This document shows, piece by piece, positions 16,662-26,028 of a stretch of 64,000 nt of DNA (its first letter is position 1; each line of letters opens with the position of its first letter). Made by a program: the position numbers and the translations under genes. The notes under the pieces are model-generated. The model was not told where the DNA came from, made no database searches, and saw only the letters and a list, made by a program, of their open reading frames with translations. Source of the DNA: Deltaproteobacteria bacterium (GTDB taxonomy: Bacteria; Desulfobacterota; Binatia; UBA1149; SPBQ01); assembly GCA_029262375.1 (NCBI GenBank), contig JAJCZM010000046.1, positions 1,367 to 65,366 of the forward strand, written 5' to 3'.

Positions 16662-17179
16662 TTCTGTTCGCGTTCGTCCACCGCGAGTTCGAACGCTTGG
16701 AGGTACGCTATGTAGGTTGCAGGGAGCCCGTACTCGCGCGCACCGTCCAACAAGAGCCCGAGATATCGCGGAGAAGGCTTGCGCCCGTCCTTCCCGAGCG
16801 TGGACACGTAGGCGTGCGCGTCTACGATCGTGGCCGCGTCACAGCACACCTCGACCACCGCATGCTCGTAGACGCCGTGTTGCACGCCCTCGGTGCGATC
16901 GAGCTTCTCCAACTCGGCGCGGGTGATGCGATGCAGCACTCCGCAGACCGACGCCAGCGGATCGACCACGATGTTGGCAACACCGCGCTCTCCCTTGCCG
17001 ATCGCTAGATCGAACGTCAGCCGGTATCCCTCCAGGCGCCCCCAGGTACTCTTGTCGGGCCGCATGCCACGCCGGCCGATGAACGTCGCACGCTGCATGT
17101 TGCTGCCGTATGCGAAGTACCAGACTCGGCTCTCCGGACCGCTGCCGCCGGCGCCGCCATCACTACGAGTAGTCTTCAT
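16658..17179 (-). CDS. Gamma-glutamylcyclotransferase (GGCT/AIG2-like) family protein
   Basis: VWYFAYGSNMQRATFIGRRG...GYRLTFD is the YGSN motif of the GGCT fold. Start trimmed to ATG 17179 (MKTTRS). Confidence 0.75.
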   Translation of the reverse strand: MKTTRSDGGAGGSGPESRVWYFAYGSNMQRATFIGRRGMRPDKSTWGRLEGYRLTFDLAIGKGERGVANIVVDPLASVCGVLHRITRAELEKLDRTEGVQHGVYEHAVVEVCCDAATIVDAHAYVSTLGKDGRKPSPRYLGLLLDGAREYGLPATYIAYLQAFELAVDEREQN

Positions 17180-17225
17180 CGGACCGCCATTTTGCTTCCT
17201 CGCCGCGGTTGACCCAAAAGATCCC

Positions 17226-17888
17226 ATGTCGAAGCGAGCAGCCGATTCTCCGAACGTTTCCAAAGTACCGATGCAAGCAGATGCCCTCGAGGTCGCACGT
17301 ACGACCAAGGGCTTTCTCGACGAGGACGAAGGCACTCGCCTCTACGAACTTGCTCGCGACCACGCGTCGATCGGCCCGATCGTCGAAGTCGGCAGTTATT
17401 GCGGTAAATCTTCAGTCTACGTCGGCTCTGGTGCACGCACGGGCGGCGGCACATTAGTTTGCGTCGATCATCACAGAGGCAACGAGGAGCAACAACGCGG
17501 CGAGCTCTACCACGACCCCGACGTGTACGACGACGAAGCAGGTCAGGTGGACAGCCTACGATTCCTGCGGCACTCGATCCGCCGAGCCGCCCTGGAGCAC
17601 ACGGCGATATTGATGGTCACGTCAAGCGCAGCCGCGGCGCGCTTGTGTCCCGACGAACTCGGCATGGTGTTCATCGACGGCGGGCACACCCACGAAGCTG
17701 CAAACGCGGACTACGAACTCTGGTCGGGGAAAGTCGCGCGGAGCGGAATTCTGGCGATACACGATCTGTTCCCGAACCCCGAAGAAGGCGGTCAGGCACC
17801 GATCGAGATCTATCGCCGAGCGGTTGCCTCGGGCAACTTCGACGAACTCCCAACGGTTAAAACGCTCGGCGTTCTGCGACGCAAATAA
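17226..17888 (+). CDS. Class I SAM-dependent methyltransferase (Methyltransf_24-like)
   Basis: VEVGSYCGKSSVYVG...VFIDGGHTHEAANADY...LAIHD. Start trimmed to ATG 17226 so that it does not overlap the divergent GGCT gene. Confidence 0.75.
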   Translation: MSKRAADSPNVSKVPMQADALEVARTTKGFLDEDEGTRLYELARDHASIGPIVEVGSYCGKSSVYVGSGARTGGGTLVCVDHHRGNEEQQRGELYHDPDVYDDEAGQVDSLRFLRHSIRRAALEHTAILMVTSSAAAARLCPDELGMVFIDGGHTHEAANADYELWSGKVARSGILAIHDLFPNPEEGGQAPIEIYRRAVASGNFDELPTVKTLGVLRRK

Positions 17889-17914
17889 AAGATTGCCCGG
17901 CGCCTTGAACGCGC

Positions 17915-18994
17915 CTAGGACGCGATCGCCTGCACGCTCTCGCGCTCGTCGAGGTCGTCGCCCGACAAGGACAAGAAAAAGTCGGCCGTAGCAGACTTGC
18001 CCTTGAGCGTGTCGTCGACCATCAGCACGGTCGCCGGTGTGTAGGCGTTGCGCTCCGGCGGCCAACAGACGCGCTCGGGATCGACCATGCCGGTCTCGTA
18101 GCCGCCCTTGTCCGTACGGAACAATTCGCTCCAGGAGAAGATCTCCTCCGCACGCTCGACGAGCCCCACCGCGTGGTGCGCCAAGACCAATTCGCAGGTC
18201 TCAGCCAACGTGTACCAAGGCGCATCCGCGACACATCGGCAGCCCAAGCCGTCGAGCATGAACTTGTCGAGCGTATCGGAATCGAGAAGTCGTGCGCGCC
18301 CTTCTTCTCCACGGACGGCGCCGCCGAGAACAGGATAGTACCAGTCCATCGAGAAGCGACCGACCGGATCGGGCGATGCTTCGGCGGTGAATAGTTGCTC
18401 ATGATCGCGAATGGCCGTCCCCAATTTCTCGCGAGCCGCCCACCAACGCGGGCGATCGTGCGAAAGGAGATCGGCGATACGTTCGGCGCAAACCAGACTG
18501 CCGTGAATCGATGACGAGCCGGTGATCAGATAGGACTGCCAACGGATGCCGTTTTGGCGGCGCGCCCAACAGACGGTTCCGTCCGGCTCCTGCATATCGA
18601 CGACGAAGTCGATCGCGCGCTCTACGGTCGGCCACATCTCGGCGACGAAGCCGATGTCACCGGTCGCGACGTAGTAGTACCAGACACCGGTTGCGATGTA
18701 GGCGGCGTGATTGGTCTCGCTTTCGGGCTTCGTGACGATGCCGTCAACCTTCTCGGCTACCCATGTGCCGTCGGTGGCCTGGATACGCGCAAGATGGCGA
18801 AACGACGCGAGTGCCGGCTCGATATCACCTGCACAGATCAGACCCATGGCCGCCTGCACTTCGTCCCAGGCCTCCCACTTGCCACCTACGTACCAGGGGA
18901 TCTCGCCGTCGGCCGCTTGAAAAGTTTTGATCCACTCGGCCGTCGCTCCGATCTGTTCTCGAGTCAGCATCCTCAGGTCATCCTTTGACGGCAT
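17915..18994 (-). CDS. Prenyltransferase/squalene-oxidase-repeat ((alpha/alpha)6 toroid) protein
   Basis: Three QxxDGxW-type repeats: FQAADGEIPW, IQATDGTWV and MQEPDGTVCW. Confidence 0.55.
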   Translation of the reverse strand: MPSKDDLRMLTREQIGATAEWIKTFQAADGEIPWYVGGKWEAWDEVQAAMGLICAGDIEPALASFRHLARIQATDGTWVAEKVDGIVTKPESETNHAAYIATGVWYYYVATGDIGFVAEMWPTVERAIDFVVDMQEPDGTVCWARRQNGIRWQSYLITGSSSIHGSLVCAERIADLLSHDRPRWWAAREKLGTAIRDHEQLFTAEASPDPVGRFSMDWYYPVLGGAVRGEEGRARLLDSDTLDKFMLDGLGCRCVADAPWYTLAETCELVLAHHAVGLVERAEEIFSWSELFRTDKGGYETGMVDPERVCWPPERNAYTPATVLMVDDTLKGKSATADFFLSLSGDDLDERESVQAIAS

Positions 18995-19703
18995 AAAACA
19001 CGACGCTCTTCCCGATGAGCGGATTTAGGACCGCTTCGAGCATGCGAGTGAGTGCGGGACGAGCCATCATGTCCCAAACCAGTAGTCGGTGGTACGTACG
19101 CACCAGCCATGAATCTTCGTTGTCGATACCGACCACACACTTGATCCACCAATACGGTGAGTGCAGACCGTGGGCGAAGTGACGCACGATCACCGAGTAG
19201 CCGTGGCTCTCGATCTTCTCGCGCAGGGCATCGCGATCGTAAATGCGGATGTGGCCGCCCGGCTGCATCGCGTAGTCTTTCGAAAGCATCCAACACAGCG
19301 TTTCCGGCCCCTCACGCGGGACCGATGCCGCGAGCAGCGCGCCGGGCTTCATGATGCGATGGATCTCGGCAAGCGCGGCGTCGTCGTCGTGCAGATGCTC
19401 GAGCACCTCGGAGATGATCACGCAGTCGAACGTATCGTCGGCGAACGGAAGGCTATAACCACTGCCACGCACGACCATCCACGGGCCGGTGTCGCCCTGA
19501 GCACTGTTCCAGTCGGGATTCTCTTCCAGAAAACGCAGCGCCTCAGACGTCTTGCGCACTTCGCTCTCGCCAAGATCGAGCGCAACGCTGGTCACGCCGG
19601 AGTAGCGCCGCGTGTGGCGCACGTGGCGCCCTTCACCACATCCGAGGTCGAGCACGCGTGCGCCCTCGGCAAGCGGCAGCAGATCGAAATTCACCGTCAG
19701 CAT
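18978..19703 (-). CDS. Class I SAM-dependent methyltransferase (Methyltransf_11-like)
   Basis: VLDLGCGEGRH...ISEVLEHLHDDDAALAEIHRIMKPGALL. It overlaps both neighbouring genes. Confidence 0.85.
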   Translation of the reverse strand: MLTVNFDLLPLAEGARVLDLGCGEGRHVRHTRRYSGVTSVALDLGESEVRKTSEALRFLEENPDWNSAQGDTGPWMVVRGSGYSLPFADDTFDCVIISEVLEHLHDDDAALAEIHRIMKPGALLAASVPREGPETLCWMLSKDYAMQPGGHIRIYDRDALREKIESHGYSVIVRHFAHGLHSPYWWIKCVVGIDNEDSWLVRTYHRLLVWDMMARPALTRMLEAVLNPLIGKSVVFYAVKG

Positions 19704-21076
19704 GCGCGCTCTCTCTGCTCGGCCTCGTAGGCAAGCTGTGCAGCGCCCACGGCGTCGACAGCCGCCAAAGGCTCCACAGGCACCGCGTGTTCAGCGAGAA
19801 CTGCCGCCGGCGCGCGATCGGCGATCGCCTCGCGATAGTTTTCCAACGTTCGCTCGGCCGACTTGCGCCACGTGAACAGATCGAGCACACGCTTGCGCGC
19901 GGCCTTGCCCATGGCGAGCCGACGTTCTTCGGGCGCATCGAGCAATTCGCGAATCCCGGCGGCCAGCGCTTCCGGGTTGCCCGGCTCGACCAGTACTCCG
20001 GTCTTGCCATCGGTGCCCACGACTTCCGGCAGTGCACCGCCGGTGGTGGAAACAAGCGGTATCTCACAGGCCATCGCCTCACCCGCAGGCAATCCGAAGC
20101 CCTCATACAGCGATGCAACGACCGCGACGTAAGAGTGCGCGTAGGCCTCGGCGATTTCGTGCGCCTCGACTTTACCGGTGAACGTCAACGCGTCGCCGAC
20201 TCCGAGGCGCCGGATCATCTGCTTGGTGCCCGATCGAGGGCGAACTCGGCCGATGATCTTCAGATGCACCTCAGGCCGATCGCGGCGCAAGATGGCGAGT
20301 GCTTCGAGTAGGTAGCGTAGTCCCTTGAGCGGCACGTCGGCCGACAACGTCGTGATGAGCTGGTTCTTGTCACGCACAACGCCGGCGCGCGGCTGAAATA
20401 TTTCGGTATCGATGCCGATGCCGACCACGCGAAGTCGGTCACGCTCAACACCGAGTTCGCTGTGGATATCGGCGGCAGACGCTTCAGAAACAGTGAGTAT
20501 GCGATCGAGTCGGCACGCAACGCGCTTTTGCATCGCGAGAAAACTGTACCAACGCCAAAGTCCCCAACGTCGCTTCACGGCGTACAAAGGCATCGACTTC
20601 ATCTCGATCGTGTAGTCTTTCGTAATCGGATGATGGATGGTCGCGACGACCGGCATTCGCTTGTTCAGCTCCAGTAGCGCATCGCCGAGACTCTGGTTGT
20701 CGTGAACGATGTCGTAAGCGCCACCGTTGTCGCTGACGGCGCGAAATTTGCGATCGACGCGCTGCAGGAACGTCATCATCTCGGGAAACTGACCGGTCAT
20801 CGTCCGGCAGTACTCGACCCGGTTGATCGGATCCTTGAGCTCCTCGAGGCGCGGGACCTTACGAAGCTTGTCGCCCTTCCACAGATCCATGCTCGGGACT
20901 TTGACCAGGCCCACGCCTTCATCGAGCTCGGGGTACGGCGGGCCGCTCCACACATCGACCTGGTGCCCCATGTCGACGAGTTCCTTACTCAGCAACTTCA
21001 CGTAGATGCCCTGGCCTCCCGATCTGGGATTGCCTCGGTAGGTAAGCAGAGCGATGCGAAGCGGCTTTTCCGTCAT
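19697..21076 (-). CDS. Glycosyltransferase family 4 (GT-B, Glycos_transf_1)
   Basis: LRIALLTYRGNPRSGGQGIYV... and the C-terminal SLYEGFGLPAGEAMACEIPLVSTTGGALPEVV motif. Confidence 0.85.
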   Translation of the reverse strand: MTEKPLRIALLTYRGNPRSGGQGIYVKLLSKELVDMGHQVDVWSGPPYPELDEGVGLVKVPSMDLWKGDKLRKVPRLEELKDPINRVEYCRTMTGQFPEMMTFLQRVDRKFRAVSDNGGAYDIVHDNQSLGDALLELNKRMPVVATIHHPITKDYTIEMKSMPLYAVKRRWGLWRWYSFLAMQKRVACRLDRILTVSEASAADIHSELGVERDRLRVVGIGIDTEIFQPRAGVVRDKNQLITTLSADVPLKGLRYLLEALAILRRDRPEVHLKIIGRVRPRSGTKQMIRRLGVGDALTFTGKVEAHEIAEAYAHSYVAVVASLYEGFGLPAGEAMACEIPLVSTTGGALPEVVGTDGKTGVLVEPGNPEALAAGIRELLDAPEERRLAMGKAARKRVLDLFTWRKSAERTLENYREAIADRAPAAVLAEHAVPVEPLAAVDAVGAAQLAYEAEQRERAC

Positions 21077-21240
21077 GTTGACCGGGATCTTCCTCGACGA
21101 GCGAAATAGTGAAAGGAGAGATGCGCGTACGGACGCAGGCGCCGCTGCATCGACCGTGGGTCTACACGCCGGCTGAATTCGCTACGAAAGCCCGCGTTTT
21201 ATTGGGATAAATCGACTATTGCAACCTGTTGCAGCGGGCC

Positions 21241-22308
21241 TCAGCCCCAGGCGCTGTCTTGGACCCGGGCCAGCACTTCCTGCAGCGCCGAGGTCTCCTC
21301 GAACCAATAACGCTCGCTGCCGAAATCGGGGAAGGCACGCACAAATGCTGGATCTTCATAGCGTTTCGCGATCCACGCACTGAAATGAACGAGCCGTAGC
21401 CCTCGCAGCGGCTCGATCAGCCGCAGGTCCGCCCTGTCGAAATCGCGAAGCTGCTCATAGCCCTCGAGTAGGGATTCGCGGCGCACGAGTGCCTCGGCGT
21501 CGTAGCCGGGCACCAGCAGCCAGAGATCCTGCACGCAGGGGCCGCGGACCATATCGTCGAAATCGACGAGGAACGGCCCGGCGTCGTTCCACAGCACGTT
21601 GCCCGCGTGGCAGTCGCCGTGAATGCGTTGATAGTCGACTTGTTCGAACCAGGGAGCGGACATTTCACAGATTTGCTCGACCAACGCCTGGTAGCGTTCG
21701 GTCACACTCGCCGGCAACGCGTCGGCGTCTAGCAGCGAGTCCAAGTTGCCGTAGCCGTAGGTCTCGATATCGAGCCGCAGGCGCGACGGCGCGTCGCTCG
21801 CGACGCCGGTCTGGTGCAGACGCGCAACCAAGCGTCCCAACTGCGCAAGTTGATCGTTGTCCATCTCATCGGGCGCGCGACCACCGACTCGAGGGAACAG
21901 CGTCCACCAGATTCCCAGACCTGCGGCTTCGCCGAGAGTTCCGATTCCTTCGATCTGCTGGGGTGCAACGACGGGCACTTCGTCCTCGACCAGTTCTTCG
22001 AGGAAGCGATGTTCTTCGAGAATCTGCTCACGACTCCAGCGTCCGGGGCGGTAGAACTTGACGACACGAAACGCATCGCTCGCCGATTTCGGCTCTTCGT
22101 CGAGTTCGATCTCTACTTGGTAGACACGGTTCTCCATACTAGCGAGCTGGAGAACCCGACCGGTCGTGCGTACGCCCGCTTCCTCGACGGCATCGAGAAT
22201 TCTGTCAGGCGTGAGTTCGAAGAAGCAGCGTGCCTCTTCGCCGCCCCAGGGCGTATCGGGCGAATCAGGCGTCGTGTCGTCAGAACTCACGACATTTGCC
22301 CGGACCAA
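21241..22308 (-). CDS. srkA: Stress-response Ser/Thr kinase SrkA (RdoA/YihE family)
   Basis: LASMENRVYQV...VVKFYRPGRWSREQILEEHRFLEEL...IHGDCHAGNVLW...DFDD. Confidence 0.85.
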   Translation of the reverse strand: MVRANVVSSDDTTPDSPDTPWGGEEARCFFELTPDRILDAVEEAGVRTTGRVLQLASMENRVYQVEIELDEEPKSASDAFRVVKFYRPGRWSREQILEEHRFLEELVEDEVPVVAPQQIEGIGTLGEAAGLGIWWTLFPRVGGRAPDEMDNDQLAQLGRLVARLHQTGVASDAPSRLRLDIETYGYGNLDSLLDADALPASVTERYQALVEQICEMSAPWFEQVDYQRIHGDCHAGNVLWNDAGPFLVDFDDMVRGPCVQDLWLLVPGYDAEALVRRESLLEGYEQLRDFDRADLRLIEPLRGLRLVHFSAWIAKRYEDPAFVRAFPDFGSERYWFEETSALQEVLARVQDSAWG

Positions 22309-22332
22309 TCGTGCTACCGCGTCGCACCATCC

Positions 22333-22902
22333 CTACTCGACGACGATCGTCGCGCGCTCGATCGAAAGCGGCTCGCTCGTCTGGCCGCCGCCCGAACCGG
22401 CCTTTTCGAGCGCACCGAGCGTATCGAGACCGTCGACCACTTCGCCGAAGACTGTGTGGTTTCCATCGAGGTGCGGTGTGGGAACGAACGTCAGAAAAAA
22501 CTGAGAACCGTCGGTACCGGGCCCACGGTTCGCCATGCTGAGCTTACCCGGCGCGTCGTGCTTGGCGTCACCGAAGAATTCACCGTCATATTCATAACCG
22601 GGACCGCCGGTGCCCTGCCCGAGTGGACAACCGCCCTGAGCCATGAAGCCCTGAATGACGCGGTGAAACGACAATCCGTCGTAGAACCCCAGCTGCGTCA
22701 GATAAATGGTACTCGAGACGTGCATCGGCGCTTCGACGGTTAACAGTTTGACGCGCATGTCGCCCTTGTTCGTCGCGAGTTGCCAGTAGTAGTTTTTCGA
22801 CGAATCGAAACTGGCCTGCGGCGGCTTCGGCAGACTGGTGCGCCAGGCGGTGGCCGACGTGTCGATGTTTTGGGCTGCGATGAACTCTTCGATTTCCTTC
22901 AT
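22333..22902 (-). CDS. Cyclophilin-type peptidyl-prolyl cis-trans isomerase
   Basis: FHRVIQGFMAQGGCP...GKLSMANRGPGTDGSQFFLTFVPTPHLDGNHTVFGEVV. Start trimmed to ATG 22902, which has a GGAG SD. Confidence 0.9.
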   Translation of the reverse strand: MKEIEEFIAAQNIDTSATAWRTSLPKPPQASFDSSKNYYWQLATNKGDMRVKLLTVEAPMHVSSTIYLTQLGFYDGLSFHRVIQGFMAQGGCPLGQGTGGPGYEYDGEFFGDAKHDAPGKLSMANRGPGTDGSQFFLTFVPTPHLDGNHTVFGEVVDGLDTLGALEKAGSGGGQTSEPLSIERATIVVE

Positions 22903-23042
22903 TTCCGAGGTGCTCCTAACCGATCCTGGCGCAGGTTTGCTCCGATGCAATGCTCGGTTGCGCGTGGGATTTCATTCAAACGATAAGATGAGTCGTGGTA
23001 GCACGGCTAGCGGCCGCTGGCCAATTGCCATAAGTACCGCGC

Positions 23043-23483
23043 ATGTCGCTACCGCCCGAAAACGAGCGCCTACTCTTCCCGATCGACGCCGGATGCTTCG
23101 GCTGCTCACCGACGAGCGAAGCCGGGCTGCGCATGCACTTCTTCCGCGAAGGCGACGCAATATGCAGCCGCTATACGATCTCCGACCGTTTCCACGGTGC
23201 CCCCGGTGTCGCGCACGGCGGTATCGTCGCAACCGTATTCGACGAGGTCAGCTGCGGCACCGTATTTTTCCTGACCAACAGCGGAGTCGTCACGGGTGAA
23301 CTGACCGTGCGCTACATAGGACCCTGCCCTGTCGAACGCGAGTTGCTCGTGCGCGGCCGCATCGTCGACAATAGCCATGCGAAATACGCCACGGTCGAGT
23401 GCGAGATGCATGCCGACAACGAACTCGTCGCGCGCTCTAGCGGCAAGTTTTTCTATTCGCCGCTGGTCGGCCCGAACGAATGA
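23043..23483 (+). CDS. PaaI-family hotdog-fold thioesterase
   Basis: HGAPGVAHGGIVATVFDEV motif. Confidence 0.75.
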   Translation: MSLPPENERLLFPIDAGCFGCSPTSEAGLRMHFFREGDAICSRYTISDRFHGAPGVAHGGIVATVFDEVSCGTVFFLTNSGVVTGELTVRYIGPCPVERELLVRGRIVDNSHAKYATVECEMHADNELVARSSGKFFYSPLVGPNE

Positions 23484-24352
23484 GGCAACACGAGATGAAG
23501 GAATTGCGCGCGAACAACGAACAGACGGAATTCTGGGACGGACCTCACGGCGACGTCTGGGTCGGCAATCAAGAGCTCCTCGATCCACAGCTGGCACCGT
23601 TCGCGAAGGCCGCGCTTGAAGGCGCGCAACTCGCGCCGGGCATGACGGTACTCGACATCGGCTGCGGTTGCGGAGCGACAACCCTACTCGCCGCCGAAGC
23701 CGTCAGCGCCGAAGGCAATGCAGTGGGTGTCGATCTCTCGGGCGTCATGCTCGCGCGCGCGGTCGAACGTGCGAAAGCGGCCGGATTGACCAACGCAACG
23801 TTCCTTCAAGCCGATGCACAAGTTCATGCGTTCGAGCCCGCGAGCATCGACGCCGTGATCTCTCGCTTCGGCGTTATGTTCTTTGACGATCCGGAAGCAG
23901 CATTCACCAACATAGCTACGGCAATGAAACCCGGCGCTCGCATATCGTTCGCGTGCTGGCAGACCGTCGACCGCAACCCGTGGATGATGCTTCCAGTGCT
24001 CGAAGCATTGAGCTTGGTGCAGATCGAAATGCCGACCGATCCTCACGCGCCCGGGCCCTTCGCGCTCGCCGACAGCCACAGAACGAGCGAGATACTCGCG
24101 AAGGCCGGATTGAGCGAGATCCACACGCGCGCGTTCGAGCCCGACCTATCCGTGGCAGGCGGACGCGACATCGCGCGCAGCGCAGAGTTTCTCATGGAAC
24201 TCGGCCCGATGCGCCGCGCACTCATGGGTGCCGACGACGATCTTCGCGCCGCAGTCGCTGAAGCCGTCGCGGGTGCGATCGCACCGTTCGAGACCGGCAA
24301 CGGCGTGATCATGCCGTCCGCCGCGTGGATCGTCTCAGCCGTCAAGGCCTGA
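23480..24352 (+). CDS. Class I SAM-dependent methyltransferase
   Basis: VLDIGCGCGATT motif I. ATGA start/stop overlap with the upstream gene. Confidence 0.8.
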   Translation: MRQHEMKELRANNEQTEFWDGPHGDVWVGNQELLDPQLAPFAKAALEGAQLAPGMTVLDIGCGCGATTLLAAEAVSAEGNAVGVDLSGVMLARAVERAKAAGLTNATFLQADAQVHAFEPASIDAVISRFGVMFFDDPEAAFTNIATAMKPGARISFACWQTVDRNPWMMLPVLEALSLVQIEMPTDPHAPGPFALADSHRTSEILAKAGLSEIHTRAFEPDLSVAGGRDIARSAEFLMELGPMRRALMGADDDLRAAVAEAVAGAIAPFETGNGVIMPSAAWIVSAVKA

Positions 24353-24355
24353 GCA

Positions 24356-25252
24356 ATGTCCATCCCGCGTCGCATCCGATCGCGCATCGTCGAAGATAAC
24401 GTCGCGCCGTCGCGCGTGGGCATCGACGGAATCAAGATCTCCTATCGCCTGCGCCCGGGTAGCGGCGCGCCGGGCACACACACCGTGCTCGTACTGCACG
24501 GCTTCACGGGCCAAGGCGCGGATTGGGCTGCCGTTTGTGACCAGCTCGCCGCGGCTGGGCATGGCACAATCTGCCCGGATCACCCTGGACACGGCGGCTC
24601 CGACGCCCCCGACGACCCCGCGCACTACTCGATGGAGAGACTGGCCGACATGCACGCCGCGCTGTGCGCGCACTTGGACTGCACACCGGTTGTAGTCGTT
24701 GGCCATTCGATGGGTGGAGCGGCTGCCGAACAGTTCGCGATCCGCCATCGCCGCGCCGTCAGCGGGCTCGTGCTGGTTGATAGCATCGGCGGTAGGCGCA
24801 AAACCTCTTGGTCGCGTGTGCTCGCGAAGTACGCAACTCCTGAGCTGCGCACGATCGCCTTCGATCAAGGCATGGGCGCGCTGTACGACCATCAGGTCGC
24901 ACAGGGGTCACGCAGCCTCGAGCACATTCCGGAGGCGCTCAGGCCGGACATTCGAGCGCACTTCGCCGCGACATCAGCCACAGGATACTTTCACGCCGCT
25001 GCAGGGATGCGAGACCGCGTCGATACGCTCGACGCCCTTGCCGACTTCGACGGGCCGGCACTCGTCATGACCGGCGCCGACGAAGATCCGACATTCATAG
25101 AGGCGTCGCGTGAGCTTGACGGATGCCTCGCGGACAGTCGCTTCCGCTTCATCGAAGACGCCGCACACAACCCCCAGTTCGAGGCGCCCGATCGCATGGC
25201 CGAGCTCCTGCTCGAGTTCCTCGCCGGACTCGCAGACACGCTGACCGCATGA
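24356..25252 (+). CDS. Alpha/beta hydrolase fold protein
   Basis: VLVLHGFTGQGADW and the nucleophile elbow VVVGHSMGG. Confidence 0.85.
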   Translation: MSIPRRIRSRIVEDNVAPSRVGIDGIKISYRLRPGSGAPGTHTVLVLHGFTGQGADWAAVCDQLAAAGHGTICPDHPGHGGSDAPDDPAHYSMERLADMHAALCAHLDCTPVVVVGHSMGGAAAEQFAIRHRRAVSGLVLVDSIGGRRKTSWSRVLAKYATPELRTIAFDQGMGALYDHQVAQGSRSLEHIPEALRPDIRAHFAATSATGYFHAAAGMRDRVDTLDALADFDGPALVMTGADEDPTFIEASRELDGCLADSRFRFIEDAAHNPQFEAPDRMAELLLEFLAGLADTLTA

Positions 25253-25938
25253 AAACGCTCGACTTCTCGGCTACCGGCCAACGACTACTCGACACCGGTC
25301 ACGCCGTGATCAAGAACGCGTGCGCAGCGTCCGAGACGAAAGAACTAGCGGCGATGTGGAAGAAGCCCGAGCTATTCAGGAAGCATGTCGCGATGGGCCG
25401 ACATGCGTTTGGCGAGGGCGACTACGCGTACTTCGCGGATCCGCTTCCCGACGCAATCGCCGGATTGCGCTCGAAATTCTACGAAGGACTGCTTCCGACG
25501 GCGAATACGATGATGGAACGACTCGGGCGCGAGCATCGGTACCCCAAGACAATCGCGGCCTATCATCGAGAGTGCGCCGCCGCGGGCCAGACGAAGCCGA
25601 CCCCCCTGCTGCTGCGCTACGAAGAAGGCGGCTACAATCGACTGCATCGCGACCTGTACGGAGACCTACTGTTCCCGCTTCAGGTCACCCTCATGCTCAG
25701 CCGCCACGGTATCGATTTCGAAGGCGGGCAGTTTCTGCTCGTCGCCAACACGGCACGACAGCAAGCACGCGGTGAAGCGATCGAACTCGAGCGCGGCGAT
25801 GCGGTCGTGTTCCCCACCGCAGACTTCCCCACGCAAGGCGCGCGCGGTTGGCGACGCGCCGAGATGCGCCACGGGGTATCGACCGTCACGCGGGGAGTGC
25901 GGATGACGGCGGGCCTCATTTTTCATAACGCCGGCTGA
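25249..25938 (+). CDS. 2-oxoglutarate/Fe(II)-dependent oxygenase
   Basis: The HxD...H triad (LHRDLYG ... MRHGVS) and RGVRMTAGLIFH. Start trimmed to ATG 25249, an ATGA overlap with the hydrolase stop. Confidence 0.7.
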   Translation: MKTLDFSATGQRLLDTGHAVIKNACAASETKELAAMWKKPELFRKHVAMGRHAFGEGDYAYFADPLPDAIAGLRSKFYEGLLPTANTMMERLGREHRYPKTIAAYHRECAAAGQTKPTPLLLRYEEGGYNRLHRDLYGDLLFPLQVTLMLSRHGIDFEGGQFLLVANTARQQARGEAIELERGDAVVFPTADFPTQGARGWRRAEMRHGVSTVTRGVRMTAGLIFHNAG

Positions 25939-25980
25939 AGCCGGCTATGGCACAACGCCGGCTGAAGCCGGCTATGGCAC
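25927..25980 (+). repeat. 27-bp perfect tandem duplication spanning the stop codon, each copy carrying a GCCGGC-tgaa-GCCGGC hairpin
   Basis: aacgccggctgaagccggctatggcac x2, with a partial third copy from 25981. The TGA at 25936 lies inside copy 1. Confidence 0.9.
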
Positions 25981-26028
25981 AACGTCGAACGACGCCGGAC
26001 AACGCCGGATTCAGTCGGCTATATGTTT

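Noticed and set aside
21814-22743. 309-aa plus-strand ORF across srkA and the cyclophilin gene
   Set aside because: It crosses two confidently identified minus-strand genes and their intergenic gap. No family features are present.
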